NCBI GenBank assembly: GCA_030526535.1
Contig: JAUNCP010000001.1
Location: 1-46,907, forward strand
DNA length: 46,907 nucleotides
Direction of reading: 5' to 3'
Origin: Clostridia bacterium
GTDB taxonomy: Bacteria > Bacillota > Clostridia > Oscillospirales > Acutalibacteraceae
The notes under the pieces were generated by a model, which worked only from the letters and a program-made list of their open reading frames with translations, was not told where the DNA came from and did not search any database. Both the position numbers and the translations under genes were made by a program. Positions 20,295 to 29,452 of the stretch are shown piece by piece (position 1 is the first letter of the stretch; every line of letters starts with the position of its first letter).

Positions 20295-21641
20295 ATGGAC
20301 GATTTTGAATTTAATAATTCTAACAATGATAATAATATTGATTCGCATGAAAATGAAGAATATAAATATCCCGAAAATATGAGTTTATCCGATTATAGTG
20401 ATGAACAAGATGACTCCTCAACAAAAAATATGGATAATCCCGATTTAATCGAAAATTCAGAAAAAAAAGACGATAAAATGAAAACGTTTTTTATTTCTAC
20501 AATCGCTATACTTTCAATTTTAATTATTATTTTGATATCATATATAATTTATTCATTAAAAAATCCTCAAAAAAATATTTTGAACTTTTCGGCAGACAGT
20601 TCTAATCAAACTTCTGAAAATAATAGTACTTCGAACGAAAGCGCTGAAGTAAAATTCGAAGAAATCCCATCTGACAGTAAACAGCTTTCCGCCGAAACAA
20701 TTTACAGCAAATTATCCCCATCCGTTGTGGGTGTTGTTATGTATGATTCAAAAGCCAATATAATATCTGATCCTGTAGGTCAAGGTTCGGGAGTTATAAT
20801 AAGCGAAAATGGATATATTGTTACAAATTCGCATGTAATAGGAAACTCAAAACAATATAATATAAAAGTTGTCTTGAGCAATAATGAAGAATACTCTGCG
20901 AAAATCATAGGATTTGACAGTAAAACAGATTTAGCTGTAATAAAGATAGAAAAAAGCGGATTAACGTTTGCGACTTTTGGAAATTCCGATGAAGTTAAGG
21001 TAGGTTCTTCGGCTTTAGCTCTTGGAAATCCGTTAGGATTGAATTTTGCAGGCTCTTTGACGCGCGGAATAGTTTCTGCGGTTAATCGTTGTACATCCGG
21101 AACCGCAAATAGTTTAGTAAAATATATACAAACAGATGCAGCTATAAATCCGGGAAATTCCGGCGGACCTTTAATAAATATGTATGGACAAATTATTGGC
21201 ATAAATTCATCAAAAATAGCAGTTGAGCATTGTGAAGGTATGGGATTTGCAATTCCGAGTAACACCGTAAAAAGCGTTGTGGATGATATAATTAAAAAAG
21301 GATATGTCAGCGGTCGTGTAAGATTGGGTATATCAGGAAAAATGGTTACAAACTATCAATCACAATTTTATAACGTCCCAATGGGAATTATAATTTCCGA
21401 AATCAGCAGTGACAGTAACCTTTTAGCTAATGGAATACAAACCGGCGATATAATAACAAAAATCAATAATGTGGATATATTAAATTTAGATTCGTTTTAC
21501 GCTGAATTATACAGTCATAAACCCGGAGATACGATAACGCTCAAAGTTTACAGACAACCATCAAATAAAACAATTTCACCCTCTACATTCGATGTAAACG
21601 TTACTTTGTTGGAAGATAAAGGAGAAACTCAAAATCAATAA
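20295..21641 (+). CDS. htrA: HtrA/DegP-family serine protease with a C-terminal PDZ domain and a long acidic N-terminal tail
   Basis: TNSHV (His), DLAVIKI (Asp) and GNSGGPL (Ser) triad motifs. TM segment at about aa 65-87. PDZ-like C-terminus. Confidence 0.88.
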   Translation: MDDFEFNNSNNDNNIDSHENEEYKYPENMSLSDYSDEQDDSSTKNMDNPDLIENSEKKDDKMKTFFISTIAILSILIIILISYIIYSLKNPQKNILNFSADSSNQTSENNSTSNESAEVKFEEIPSDSKQLSAETIYSKLSPSVVGVVMYDSKANIISDPVGQGSGVIISENGYIVTNSHVIGNSKQYNIKVVLSNNEEYSAKIIGFDSKTDLAVIKIEKSGLTFATFGNSDEVKVGSSALALGNPLGLNFAGSLTRGIVSAVNRCTSGTANSLVKYIQTDAAINPGNSGGPLINMYGQIIGINSSKIAVEHCEGMGFAIPSNTVKSVVDDIIKKGYVSGRVRLGISGKMVTNYQSQFYNVPMGIIISEISSDSNLLANGIQTGDIITKINNVDILNLDSFYAELYSHKPGDTITLKVYRQPSNKTISPSTFDVNVTLLEDKGETQNQ

Positions 21642-21648
21642 AAAATCC

Positions 21649-21680
21649 GGCTCTCATATAAAAATATGAGAGTCATTTAT
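21649..21680 (+). terminator. probable terminator after htrA
   Basis: Stem ctctcata (21651-21658) pairs with tatgagag (21665-21672). The downstream T tract is weak. Confidence 0.45.
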
Positions 21681-21747
21681 ATGGACAATATTTCTTTTTA
21701 ATAATAAAATTTAAGATAAATATATATAAATCGGAGAGTGTATACAT

Positions 21748-22599
21748 TTGTACAATTTATCTAACATAAAAACAATAAAATCGATTTTAGAAAAACACGG
21801 ATTTAAATTCACGAAATCTCTTGGACAAAATTTTATAATAAATCCTAGCGTTTGCCCCAAAATGGCTGAATTTTGTTGCGAAAATGAAAAATCCGGAATA
21901 TTAGAGATTGGCCCGGGAATTGGCGTTTTGACTATTGAATTAGCAAAAAGATTCCAAAAAGTCGTTTCGGTTGAAATAGACACGAATCTAATTCCGATTT
22001 TATCCGAAACCACTGCGGATTTTGAAAACATAAAGATAATAAACAAAGACATACTAAAAGTCGATCTAAATCAATTGTATAAAACTGAATTTTTGAATTG
22101 CGAAGAAATTGCTGTTTGTGCTAATTTGCCATATTATATAACGTCAGAAATAGTGATGTATTTACTTGAAAACAACCCCGGATTTAAGTCGTTAACATTT
22201 ATGGTGCAAAAAGAAGCCGCTGAAAGAATTTGTGCGGATTTTGGTACAAGAGAATCCGGCGCAATCAGCGTAGCAATAAGATATTATGGTAAGCCACGAG
22301 TTCTATTTAATGTTAGTCGAGGAAGTTTTATTCCTGCTCCGAAAGTTGATTCCAGCGTTATAAAAATTAATATTAACAGCGATATCTCTTCGAAAATAAA
22401 AAACAAAGAAAAATTTTTTCAAATTATTAAAGCTACATACTCGAAAAGAAGAAAAAATATTCTAAATTCTCTTAGTATGAATTTTAAAATCTCAAAAGAA
22501 GAAATTTTGAAAATTTTGAACACGGCAAATGTTGATCCACATTCCAGACCGGAACAATTAAAGTTGGAAGATTTTATAAACATTTCAGATTTTATTTGA
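21748..22599 (+). CDS. rsmA: 16S rRNA (adenine1518/1519-N6)-dimethyltransferase
   Basis: K.LGQNF N-terminus and SAM motif ILEIGPGIGVLT, ~283 aa. TTG start with a GGAGAG RBS. Confidence 0.9.
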   Translation: MYNLSNIKTIKSILEKHGFKFTKSLGQNFIINPSVCPKMAEFCCENEKSGILEIGPGIGVLTIELAKRFQKVVSVEIDTNLIPILSETTADFENIKIINKDILKVDLNQLYKTEFLNCEEIAVCANLPYYITSEIVMYLLENNPGFKSLTFMVQKEAAERICADFGTRESGAISVAIRYYGKPRVLFNVSRGSFIPAPKVDSSVIKININSDISSKIKNKEKFFQIIKATYSKRRKNILNSLSMNFKISKEEILKILNTANVDPHSRPEQLKLEDFINISDFI

Positions 22600-22617
22600 T
22601 TGAATAACTACTTAAAC

Positions 22618-22650
22618 CTCTAAATTTTAATAGATTTAGAGATTTTTATT
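22618..22650 (+). terminator. Rho-independent terminator after rsmA
   Basis: Stem ctctaaat (22618-22625) pairs with atttagag (22634-22641), followed by ATTTTTATTT. Confidence 0.65.
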
Positions 22651-22723
22651 TATATCGCAAAACACAAATTGTATTCGGTCCACAAATTAATTGTATAAAT
22701 TTTATATTTTTTTAAAAAAATGC

Positions 22724-22752
22724 TTGATAAATATATATGTTATGTATATAAT
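22724..22752 (+). promoter_or_regulatory. sigma-A-type promoter of the orphan GG-leader peptide gene
   Basis: TTGATA (22724-22729), 17-nt spacer, TATAAT (22747-22752). An 11-bp bulged hairpin (22765-22799) sits in the 5' UTR. Confidence 0.6.
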
Positions 22753-22825
22753 AGACTTGAAATCGAGTTAGAAGACTTAAAATTAAATCTTCTAAACTCA
22801 AAAATATGAAAGGATGTTGATTATA

Positions 22826-23059
22826 ATGGCAGAAGAAAAAATTGAAAAAGGCATTATCTCGGAAGAAGCTTTGGAAGAAATCGCAGGCGGACTTAATATT
22901 TCAAAAGACACACTTAAAAAAGTAGCAATCGGCGCTGGGGTAACAATAGGCGCAGGCATTGGTGGAACTATCCTTACTCAAAAATTACGCGATCCTCGAA
23001 AAAAAGAAAAACAAACTGATCCATTTGGAGACGAATATTTCGAGATACTTGATAGATAA
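22826..23059 (+). CDS. double-glycine-leader peptide precursor (77 aa; 22-aa leader plus 55-aa core with a Gly-rich hydrophobic helix)
   Basis: The leader MAEEKIEKGIISEEALEEIAGG has hydrophobic residues at -4, -7 and -12. The core is LNISKDTLKKVAIGAGVTIGAGIGGTILTQKLRD... AAAGGA RBS sits before ATG 22826 (track start 22814). It has its own promoter and terminator. Confidence 0.7.
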   Translation: MAEEKIEKGIISEEALEEIAGGLNISKDTLKKVAIGAGVTIGAGIGGTILTQKLRDPRKKEKQTDPFGDEYFEILDR

Positions 23060-23107
23060 AAAAAATTTTTATCCCCGCTGTTTTGTTAAACAACGGGGTG
23101 GATTTTT
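23060..23107. terminator. bidirectional terminator shared by the GG-peptide gene and spo0A
   Basis: Imperfect GC stem: CCCCG (23073-23077) pairs with CGGGG (23094-23098), with extensions. It is flanked by an A8T5 tract upstream and T6 downstream. Confidence 0.6.
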
Positions 23108-23907
23108 TATGCTGATTTCACTTGTAGGCGAAGTTTGTCGCTTATCATTGCGATGAACTCCGAATTTGTTGGTTTGCCGCGAGATGTATGTATTGTATAT
23201 CCGAAATATGAATTCAAAATATCCATATCCCCTCTATCCCATGCAACTTCTATTGCGTGACGTATCGCTCGCTCGACTCTTGATGAAGTTGTGTTAAATT
23301 TTTTTGCTACCGATGGATAAAGTTGCTTTGTAACAGAATTGATAATCTCGGGGTCTTCCGTTGACATCAAAATAGATGTGCGTAAATAATGGTATCCCTT
23401 TATATGTGCAGGAACTCCTATTTGATGTAAAATTTCAGTTACCTGTAATTCTAAACTGGAATTCGTTCCCGACCCTACATTGCCAATTTTATCATTATTT
23501 ATAAATTTACTTATTATCCTTGCGGATTGATTTTTATAACTGAACTGAATAATCTTATCGATTATATCCATGCAACTAACCGGTTTTAAAAGAAAACACG
23601 ATGCTCCAACTGACAGTGCCTCTCTTTCTAAAGTAGACCTTGCGAAATTCGATGTTATTATGAATATAGGCATATCGATTTTTTTATTTTTCTTAATCGC
23701 TGAAATTATACCTATTGCATCAATTCTGTGCATAAATAAATCCATAACAACAACGTCTGGTTTTGAGTTTTCAATTATTTCTATGGTTTTAAATCCATCT
23801 TTAGGCAAAAATGACAAATCCATACAATAATGTTGAAAAATATCCAACGTCTCTTTATCAAATTCTGCACAGTCCTCCGAAATCAGTACTTTTAACTGGT
23901 TTTCCAT
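23107..23907 (-). CDS. spo0A: sporulation master response regulator Spo0A
   Basis: Receiver domain with [10 protein letters not shown]. The signature C-terminal DNA-binding domain reads ...[16 protein letters not shown]...[29 protein letters not shown] favours ATG 23907. Confidence 0.95.
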   Translation of the reverse strand: MENQLKVLISEDCAEFDKETLDIFQHYCMDLSFLPKDGFKTIEIIENSKPDVVVMDLFMHRIDAIGIISAIKKNKKIDMPIFIITSNFARSTLEREALSVGASCFLLKPVSCMDIIDKIIQFSYKNQSARIISKFINNDKIGNVGSGTNSSLELQVTEILHQIGVPAHIKGYHYLRTSILMSTEDPEIINSVTKQLYPSVAKKFNTTSSRVERAIRHAIEVAWDRGDMDILNSYFGYTIHTSRGKPTNSEFIAMISDKLRLQVKSA

Positions 23908-24026
23908 AAAATTTCCTCCCAATAATATATGATATGTTATATATGTTACCATATATTGCCAAAACTGTCAATAGTTTTCCATTAATTTAACAATATTCAG
24001 TAAATTTGACTTATAAACACCCGAAT

Positions 24027-25271
24027 TTAATAGTCAAGTTTGGTTATACTTCTAAAAATTTTGTTAGAATTTGTAAGCATCGTTTCAGCAAATATACCAT
24101 ATCCCTTTGACGGATTATTTACGAAAACGTGCGTAACTGCTCCGACAAGCATATCATTTTGTATAATCGGGCTTCCGCTCATTCCCTGAACTATCCCACC
24201 TGTTTTTTTTAACAGTTCGGTGTCTTTTACGGATATTTTTATATTCTTGGTCGGCAAGTTAACGTTATAATTTATGGAATCTATATTGATATCGTAATAT
24301 TTGGGTACATTGCCATCTACTGTAGTAAATAATTTTGCCGGACCGGTTTTTACATTCTGTTTCATAGCTACAGAAAATAAATTTTCATTTTTAGATTCTT
24401 CAAAATATTTACCATATATGCCGGATTCAGTATTGGAAAATATTTTTCCCTTTGATTGTAAATCGACAAAATTGCCGTGAAGTTCACCCGGCACCCCTGC
24501 TGAACCTTTTTTTATTTCAAAAATAGATGCGTTTACAATTTCCCCTCGAAAAAGCGGAATAATATTTCCTGTATCAACATCACATATACCATGGCCTAAA
24601 CCGGCAAAAAATTTGGTTTTGGGATTTTTAAATGTAAGCGTACCAATTCCCGCCGAACTGTCTCTAACCCAAATACCGGCACGATATTTTTCTTCATCAT
24701 ATGACTTCACCGGTTTTAACAACGTTTCAAAAATGTCGCCACATCTTTGGACAATAAGACTTATTTCATTTCCTTCGGAATTTTCAATTATTTTTTCAAG
24801 CTCCTCATTATTATAAATTTCTTTATCATTGACTTTTTTCAAAACATCCCCTTTTTTTAAACCGCAATTTTTAGCAGGAGAAACAAAACCATTTTTAGAG
24901 TAAACTTCAGAAATTCCTATTATCATAACCCCCTCTGTATAAATTTTGATTCCAAAAGGCGTACCGCAAATTTCAACTTCTTCCTTTGGAGCAACGTTAA
25001 CAGAAACGGTTTTTATAGGGAAAAAATTCAAAAATTTTAATTTTGCACAATAACTCTTCTCTATATTACAAGGATTGATGCAGTTAGAATAACAAAGTCT
25101 TTCTTTCTCCGATTCCACAAAAAACGGAAATATATTAAACGAACAACTTTCTCCTTCTGAAATTATAAAGTCATTCGGAGTATATATATACATATATGAA
25201 AAGCCAATAGATACAGCCAATAATGAAAGTAATAAAATTATATTCTTGAATTTTTTGAAAATATTTTTCAT
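24027..25271 (-). CDS. spoIVB: SpoIVB peptidase (S55) with PDZ domain
   Basis: N-terminal TM, PDZ (GLKKGDVLKKVN), a GIGTLTF..P motif, and the catalytic region IVQGMSGSPIIQN..LVGAVTHV. Conserved spoIVB-spo0A adjacency. Confidence 0.92.
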   Translation of the reverse strand: MKNIFKKFKNIILLLSLLAVSIGFSYMYIYTPNDFIISEGESCSFNIFPFFVESEKERLCYSNCINPCNIEKSYCAKLKFLNFFPIKTVSVNVAPKEEVEICGTPFGIKIYTEGVMIIGISEVYSKNGFVSPAKNCGLKKGDVLKKVNDKEIYNNEELEKIIENSEGNEISLIVQRCGDIFETLLKPVKSYDEEKYRAGIWVRDSSAGIGTLTFKNPKTKFFAGLGHGICDVDTGNIIPLFRGEIVNASIFEIKKGSAGVPGELHGNFVDLQSKGKIFSNTESGIYGKYFEESKNENLFSVAMKQNVKTGPAKLFTTVDGNVPKYYDINIDSINYNVNLPTKNIKISVKDTELLKKTGGIVQGMSGSPIIQNDMLVGAVTHVFVNNPSKGYGIFAETMLTNSNKIFRSITKLDY

Positions 25272-25287
25272 AAAACAATTCCTCCTT

Positions 25288-25308
25288 TATATATATATAT
25301 ATATATAT
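25288..25308. repeat. (TA)10 dinucleotide microsatellite
   Basis: 21 nt of perfect TA alternation. On the minus strand it ends 2 nt before the AAAGGAGG Shine-Dalgarno of spoIVB. Confidence 0.95.
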
Positions 25309-25518
25309 TGTTACCTTTTTAGACAAAAAAATTATTAATTGTAGAATTAATAAAATTTATGTTTCAAAATGTCGGTCAAAACTAAAAACGCATTTTGGAT
25401 AAATTTTACAAATAATCTTATCGATATACACATAAAATACTAGATGACATTTTTTGTATTTTGTATTAGAATATATGTAATATATTTAGTGAAACAAATT
25501 GATTAGGAGTGGGAATTT

Positions 25519-26286
25519 TTGGACAAAAACTATTTCGGATTAGTCTGCGAAGCTATATCGCAAGCTAACAGAATAAAAAATTTTAAGAAAATAAAAAAAG
25601 ATGAGAGCAATTTTGAATTTCAAGCAAATGAAAAACATTATTTAATTAATTTAGATTCTCAAAAAAAGCTAATAATTCTGAATATTATCGATGATGAAAA
25701 CAATTCGAGTAAAAATTTATCGTCTTGGCTTTTTGATGAAGATACATTAACTCAAAAAGATGTTAGCGATATATCTTCTGATTTTATCGAAACAATGTCC
25801 GTAAAAGAAAAATCATCTCATAAAAAATCTTCTAAAAGCCAAAAAAATTCATCGGACGACACAAACGTTAACGATATGTTTTTTGCTAACAGAATGGTGA
25901 ATTTCTTTCCGGAATTAAAAGAAAAAATGCAAATTGAAAAAGACTCGTACGAAACTTTTAGAACTGCTACATTCACTAAAAATGAAGTATTGCCAGCAAT
26001 AAACGACTTCTTAAAATCGGGAGATAAATCCAGAATTTCTAAATTCGGTAAGCTTATTAGCGATTTATATAAAAATGGTGATTTAAGTGTACGTAGCATA
26101 ATTACTATTGTTATTTTGAATAATTTGGATGAAGCTTCCGAAGGAAAAATAAAGCAAAACCTTTCCGAAGAACTTAAAAAGGCTTATGAATCAGCCAAAA
26201 AATATAAAAACAAAGCAGTAAAACCCGAAAAAAGAAACACTAAAAAATCTTTTATGACAAAAGTTTTGGAAACACAAAATCAATAA
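25519..26286 (+). CDS. hypothetical protein (255 aa, soluble, Ser/Lys-rich linker, basic C-terminal tail)
   Basis: AGGAGTG RBS 9 nt before the TTG start and a strong terminator downstream. I recognise no family with confidence. Confidence 0.6.
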   Translation: MDKNYFGLVCEAISQANRIKNFKKIKKDESNFEFQANEKHYLINLDSQKKLIILNIIDDENNSSKNLSSWLFDEDTLTQKDVSDISSDFIETMSVKEKSSHKKSSKSQKNSSDDTNVNDMFFANRMVNFFPELKEKMQIEKDSYETFRTATFTKNEVLPAINDFLKSGDKSRISKFGKLISDLYKNGDLSVRSIITIVILNNLDEASEGKIKQNLSEELKKAYESAKKYKNKAVKPEKRNTKKSFMTKVLETQNQ

Positions 26287-26291
26287 AATTA

Positions 26292-26335
26292 ATCCTTTCG
26301 CATAAAAATTATAAATTGCGAAAGGATTTTTGCTT
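26292..26335. terminator. terminator between the hypothetical gene and convergent spoVAD
   Basis: 11-bp stem: atcctttcgca (26292-26302) pairs with tgcgaaaggat (26317-26327), followed by TTTTGCTTT. Confidence 0.7.
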
Positions 26336-26336
26336 T

Positions 26337-27350
26337 CTATAAATCATTTCTTATATTTATCAAATGCGCAACACCGGGAATTGTTTCTCCTTGCTGGCAA
26401 GATGTCGGCGACATTAAAGCTCCGGTTGCCATAAACAAAACATTATTCCAAGTTTTTTCTCTTAATTTTCTTAATATAATAGAGCAAAATACCGAAGCGG
26501 AACATCCGCACCCTGAACCGCCCGCATGAACATCTTGTTCTTCTTTATGATATATCATAAGCCCACAATCATTATAGTTATCGCCAAGCCTATAACTTTC
26601 TTTTAAGAGAATTTCTCGCAGTAAATTCGACCCGACTTCTCCCAAATCCCCTGAAAAAATCATATCATATTCAGAAGGATGTGTTTTTGTGTCTTCAAAA
26701 AATGACAGCATAGTTTTTGCCGCTGCAGGAGCCATAGCCGCTCCCATGTTATTTACATCTTTTATTCCTAAATCCACGATTTTTCCAACTGTCGCTTTTG
26801 AAATATATGGACCCTCTCCGGAATTACCGATTATAGCGGCACCGGCACCTGTTACAGTCCATTGAGCGGTTGGTGTCCTCTGCCCTCCATATTGAAGTGG
26901 AAATCTAAACTGTCGTTCTGACGAACAATAATGCGACGACGTAACCGCTACCGAATAATCTGAAATTCCGGCCTCAATTACAGATGAAGCTAAAAATAAA
27001 GTTTGTGCCATTGTAGAACAAGCTCCGAATTGTCCTAAAAACGGTATTCCGAGCGACCTAAGTCCGAAAGCTGATGACATACATTGATTCAAAAGATCTC
27101 CGGCAAAAATATAATTTATTTCTTGCGATTTTAAATTTGCTTTTTCCAACGCAGTATTAACAGCTTCTGTTTGCAGTCTACTTTCAGCTTTTTCCCACGA
27201 AGATTCATTCATCGTAGTATCTTCAAACACTTTATCGAATTGGTCTCCGAGCGGACCTTGTGCTTCTTTTTTTCCGCAAACTGACGCAAAATTTATAATT
27301 CTAGGCTTATTTTCGAAAACAATCGTATTCTTACCTATTCTTTTCCCCAT
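26337..27350 (-). CDS. spoVAD: stage V sporulation protein AD (thiolase-fold)
   Basis: Typical SpoVAD N-terminus (MGKRIGKNTIVFENKPRIINFASVCGKKEAQGPLG..FD) and ~337 aa. AAAGGAG RBS favours ATG 27350 over 27374. No spoVAC or spoVAE is adjacent. Confidence 0.88.
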   Translation of the reverse strand: MGKRIGKNTIVFENKPRIINFASVCGKKEAQGPLGDQFDKVFEDTTMNESSWEKAESRLQTEAVNTALEKANLKSQEINYIFAGDLLNQCMSSAFGLRSLGIPFLGQFGACSTMAQTLFLASSVIEAGISDYSVAVTSSHYCSSERQFRFPLQYGGQRTPTAQWTVTGAGAAIIGNSGEGPYISKATVGKIVDLGIKDVNNMGAAMAPAAAKTMLSFFEDTKTHPSEYDMIFSGDLGEVGSNLLREILLKESYRLGDNYNDCGLMIYHKEEQDVHAGGSGCGCSASVFCSIILRKLREKTWNNVLFMATGALMSPTSCQQGETIPGVAHLINIRNDL

Positions 27351-27370
27351 ACTATATAAACACTCCTTTT

Positions 27371-27420
27371 TCAAAAATAAAAATACTAAAACAAGATATA
27401 TTCCTCTCGTTTTAGTATTT
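27371..27420 (-). terminator. Rho-independent terminator ending the murG...GGGtGRT transcription unit
   Basis: 12-bp stem: aaatactaaaac (27381-27392) pairs with gttttagtattt (27409-27420). The minus strand then reads TTATTTTTGA. Confidence 0.6.
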
Positions 27421-27454
27421 ACTGCTTCGACAAAATTATTAAAAAATTGAAATG

Positions 27455-27667
27455 TTATTTAAATTTCGGTACATCTGTCGGCTGACTTTTAGTACCATTT
27501 GAATTCAAAAAAGCAATTGGCTTATTAACACTATGCATTTCTAAAATTTTCTTTTTTACTATGTTTTCAAAAACAAAATTTCTTTCCGCTATATTCTTAC
27601 TTTTTTCATTCAAAATAACCACCAACTTTTTTAATTTATAGTCGATTATATTTTGAACAAAATGCAA
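27455..27667 (-). CDS. small hypothetical protein (70 aa)
   Basis: An open frame lies between the GGGtGRT gene and the operon terminator. TTG start with no clear RBS, so the coding status is uncertain. Confidence 0.35.
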   Translation of the reverse strand: MHFVQNIIDYKLKKLVVILNEKSKNIAERNFVFENIVKKKILEMHSVNKPIAFLNSNGTKSQPTDVPKFK

Positions 27668-27684
27668 GAAATATATTCAATTAA

Positions 27685-28692
27685 CTATTTTAAAGATTGG
27701 TAAACTTCGACCGCACAAGCAACCGTTGCTCCAACCATAGGATTATTACCCATACCTATAAATCCCATCATATCAACATGTGCAGGTACTGACGAAGAAC
27801 CCGCAAATTGTGCGTCACCATGCATTCTACCCATCGAATCAGTTAAACCATAAGAAGCAGGGCCTGCCCCCATATTATCCGGATGAAGCGTACGGCCTGT
27901 TCCTCCTCCGGAAGCAACAGAAAAATATTCTTTATTATTTTCATACGCCCATTTTTTATATGTTCCCGCTACGATATGCTGAAACCTTGTGGGATTAGTT
28001 GAGTTCCCAGTTATTGAAATATCAACTTTTTCGTATTTTAAAATTTCTAAGCCTTCTAATGGCTCATTTGCTCCATAGCATTTAATTAATGAACGTTCAC
28101 CGTTTGAAAAAGATTTCTCGGATAAAATTTTTAATTCGTGATTTTCGAAATCAAAATCCGTATCAACATAAGTAAATCCGTTTATACGAGAAATTATATA
28201 TGCCGCATCTTTTCCAAGTCCATTAAGAATTACTCTTAAAGGAGTTTTTCTTGCTTTATTAGCAGATTTTACTATTCCTATTGCACCTTCTGCTGCAGCA
28301 AACGATTCATGACCGGCAATAAATGCAAAACACTTAGTTTCTTCTTTTAATAATCTAGACGCTAAATTTCCGTGTCCTATTCCGACTTTTCTGCTATCTG
28401 CGACCGAACCTTTTATGCAAAATGCTTGCAATCCTTCTCCTATATATTCCGCAGTTTCACAAGCCGACTGTGCATTGTTCTTTATAGCTATTGCACAGCC
28501 GAGTGTATATGCCCACACTGCATTTTCGAATGCTATTGGCTGAATTGATTTTATTATTTTATCCGGAAAAACATTTTTTTCGTTACATATTTTTTTAGCT
28601 TCTGGAAGACTTGAAATGCCATATTTCTTTAGGCACAAATTTATACCCTCAATTCGTCTTTCTTGACCTTCAAAAAGTATATTTTCTGTCAT
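27685..28692 (-). CDS. GGGtGRT-motif family protein (uncharacterised)
   Basis: Contains the eponymous SGGGTGRTLHPDNMGAGPASYGLTD motif and is ~335 aa. Good RBS (GAAAGGA). Confidence 0.8.
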   Translation of the reverse strand: MTENILFEGQERRIEGINLCLKKYGISSLPEAKKICNEKNVFPDKIIKSIQPIAFENAVWAYTLGCAIAIKNNAQSACETAEYIGEGLQAFCIKGSVADSRKVGIGHGNLASRLLKEETKCFAFIAGHESFAAAEGAIGIVKSANKARKTPLRVILNGLGKDAAYIISRINGFTYVDTDFDFENHELKILSEKSFSNGERSLIKCYGANEPLEGLEILKYEKVDISITGNSTNPTRFQHIVAGTYKKWAYENNKEYFSVASGGGTGRTLHPDNMGAGPASYGLTDSMGRMHGDAQFAGSSSVPAHVDMMGFIGMGNNPMVGATVACAVEVYQSLK

Positions 28693-28735
28693 AAATTATA
28701 ATTCCTTTCAATTTACAAAAATTTCATAGTGTCGT

Positions 28736-29437
28736 TTATTCGTTTCTCGGGTCTATATACTTTTTGGCTTCGTCAAACCTACCGTAAAATCCTATACTCG
28801 ACTCAAAAGCTTCTTTTGGAGAAATGCCATTTTTTATTTTTTCTATCATTATTCCTGGATTTACAAATTTATATCCGATTATTTCGTCGTTATCGTCAAG
28901 AGCTAATTTTAATATATACCCTTCAACTGTTTGCATATATCTAACGCCTTTGGAGCTAGTTGAAAATATCGTAGAAATCTGAGAACATTTTCCTTTTCCT
29001 AAATCCTCTAACCCTGCTCCGATTGGCAAACCGTTATTTGAAAATGCTGTTTGAGAACGACCATAAGCAAGTTGCAAAAAAATTTCTTTCATTGCGTCGT
29101 TTATTGCGTCGCAAACTAAATCTGTATTTAAACATTCAAGTAGTGTTTTCCCCGGTAAAATTTCTCCCGCCATTGCTGCTGAATGAGTCATTCCGGAGCA
29201 TCCTATCGTTTCGACTAACGCTTCTTCGACTATCCCGTTTTTTACGTTTAACGTAAGTTTACAAGCTCCTTGTTGCGGCGCACATTTTCCAACCCCATGA
29301 GAAAGACCGCATATATCCTTTACTTCCAAAGATTTTACCCATTTTCCTTCTTCCGGAATAGGAGACGGCCCGTGATATGGACAAGATTTGACTTTACACA
29401 TATTATTGACTTCTTGAGAACAATTCAAGATTATCAC
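28736..29437 (-). CDS. IscU/NifU-N-like Fe-S scaffold homologue with a C-terminal extension
   Basis: Cys-containing blocks GKCAPQQGAC, TIGCSGMTHSAAMAGE..PGKTLLE and LVCDAI resemble the IscU scaffold. The start is ambiguous (GTG 29437, TTG 29428 or ATG 29401). Confidence 0.65.
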   Translation of the reverse strand: MIILNCSQEVNNMCKVKSCPYHGPSPIPEEGKWVKSLEVKDICGLSHGVGKCAPQQGACKLTLNVKNGIVEEALVETIGCSGMTHSAAMAGEILPGKTLLECLNTDLVCDAINDAMKEIFLQLAYGRSQTAFSNNGLPIGAGLEDLGKGKCSQISTIFSTSSKGVRYMQTVEGYILKLALDDNDEIIGYKFVNPGIMIEKIKNGISPKEAFESSIGFYGRFDEAKKYIDPRNE

Positions 29438-29452
29438 TCCTAAAAAATTTAA

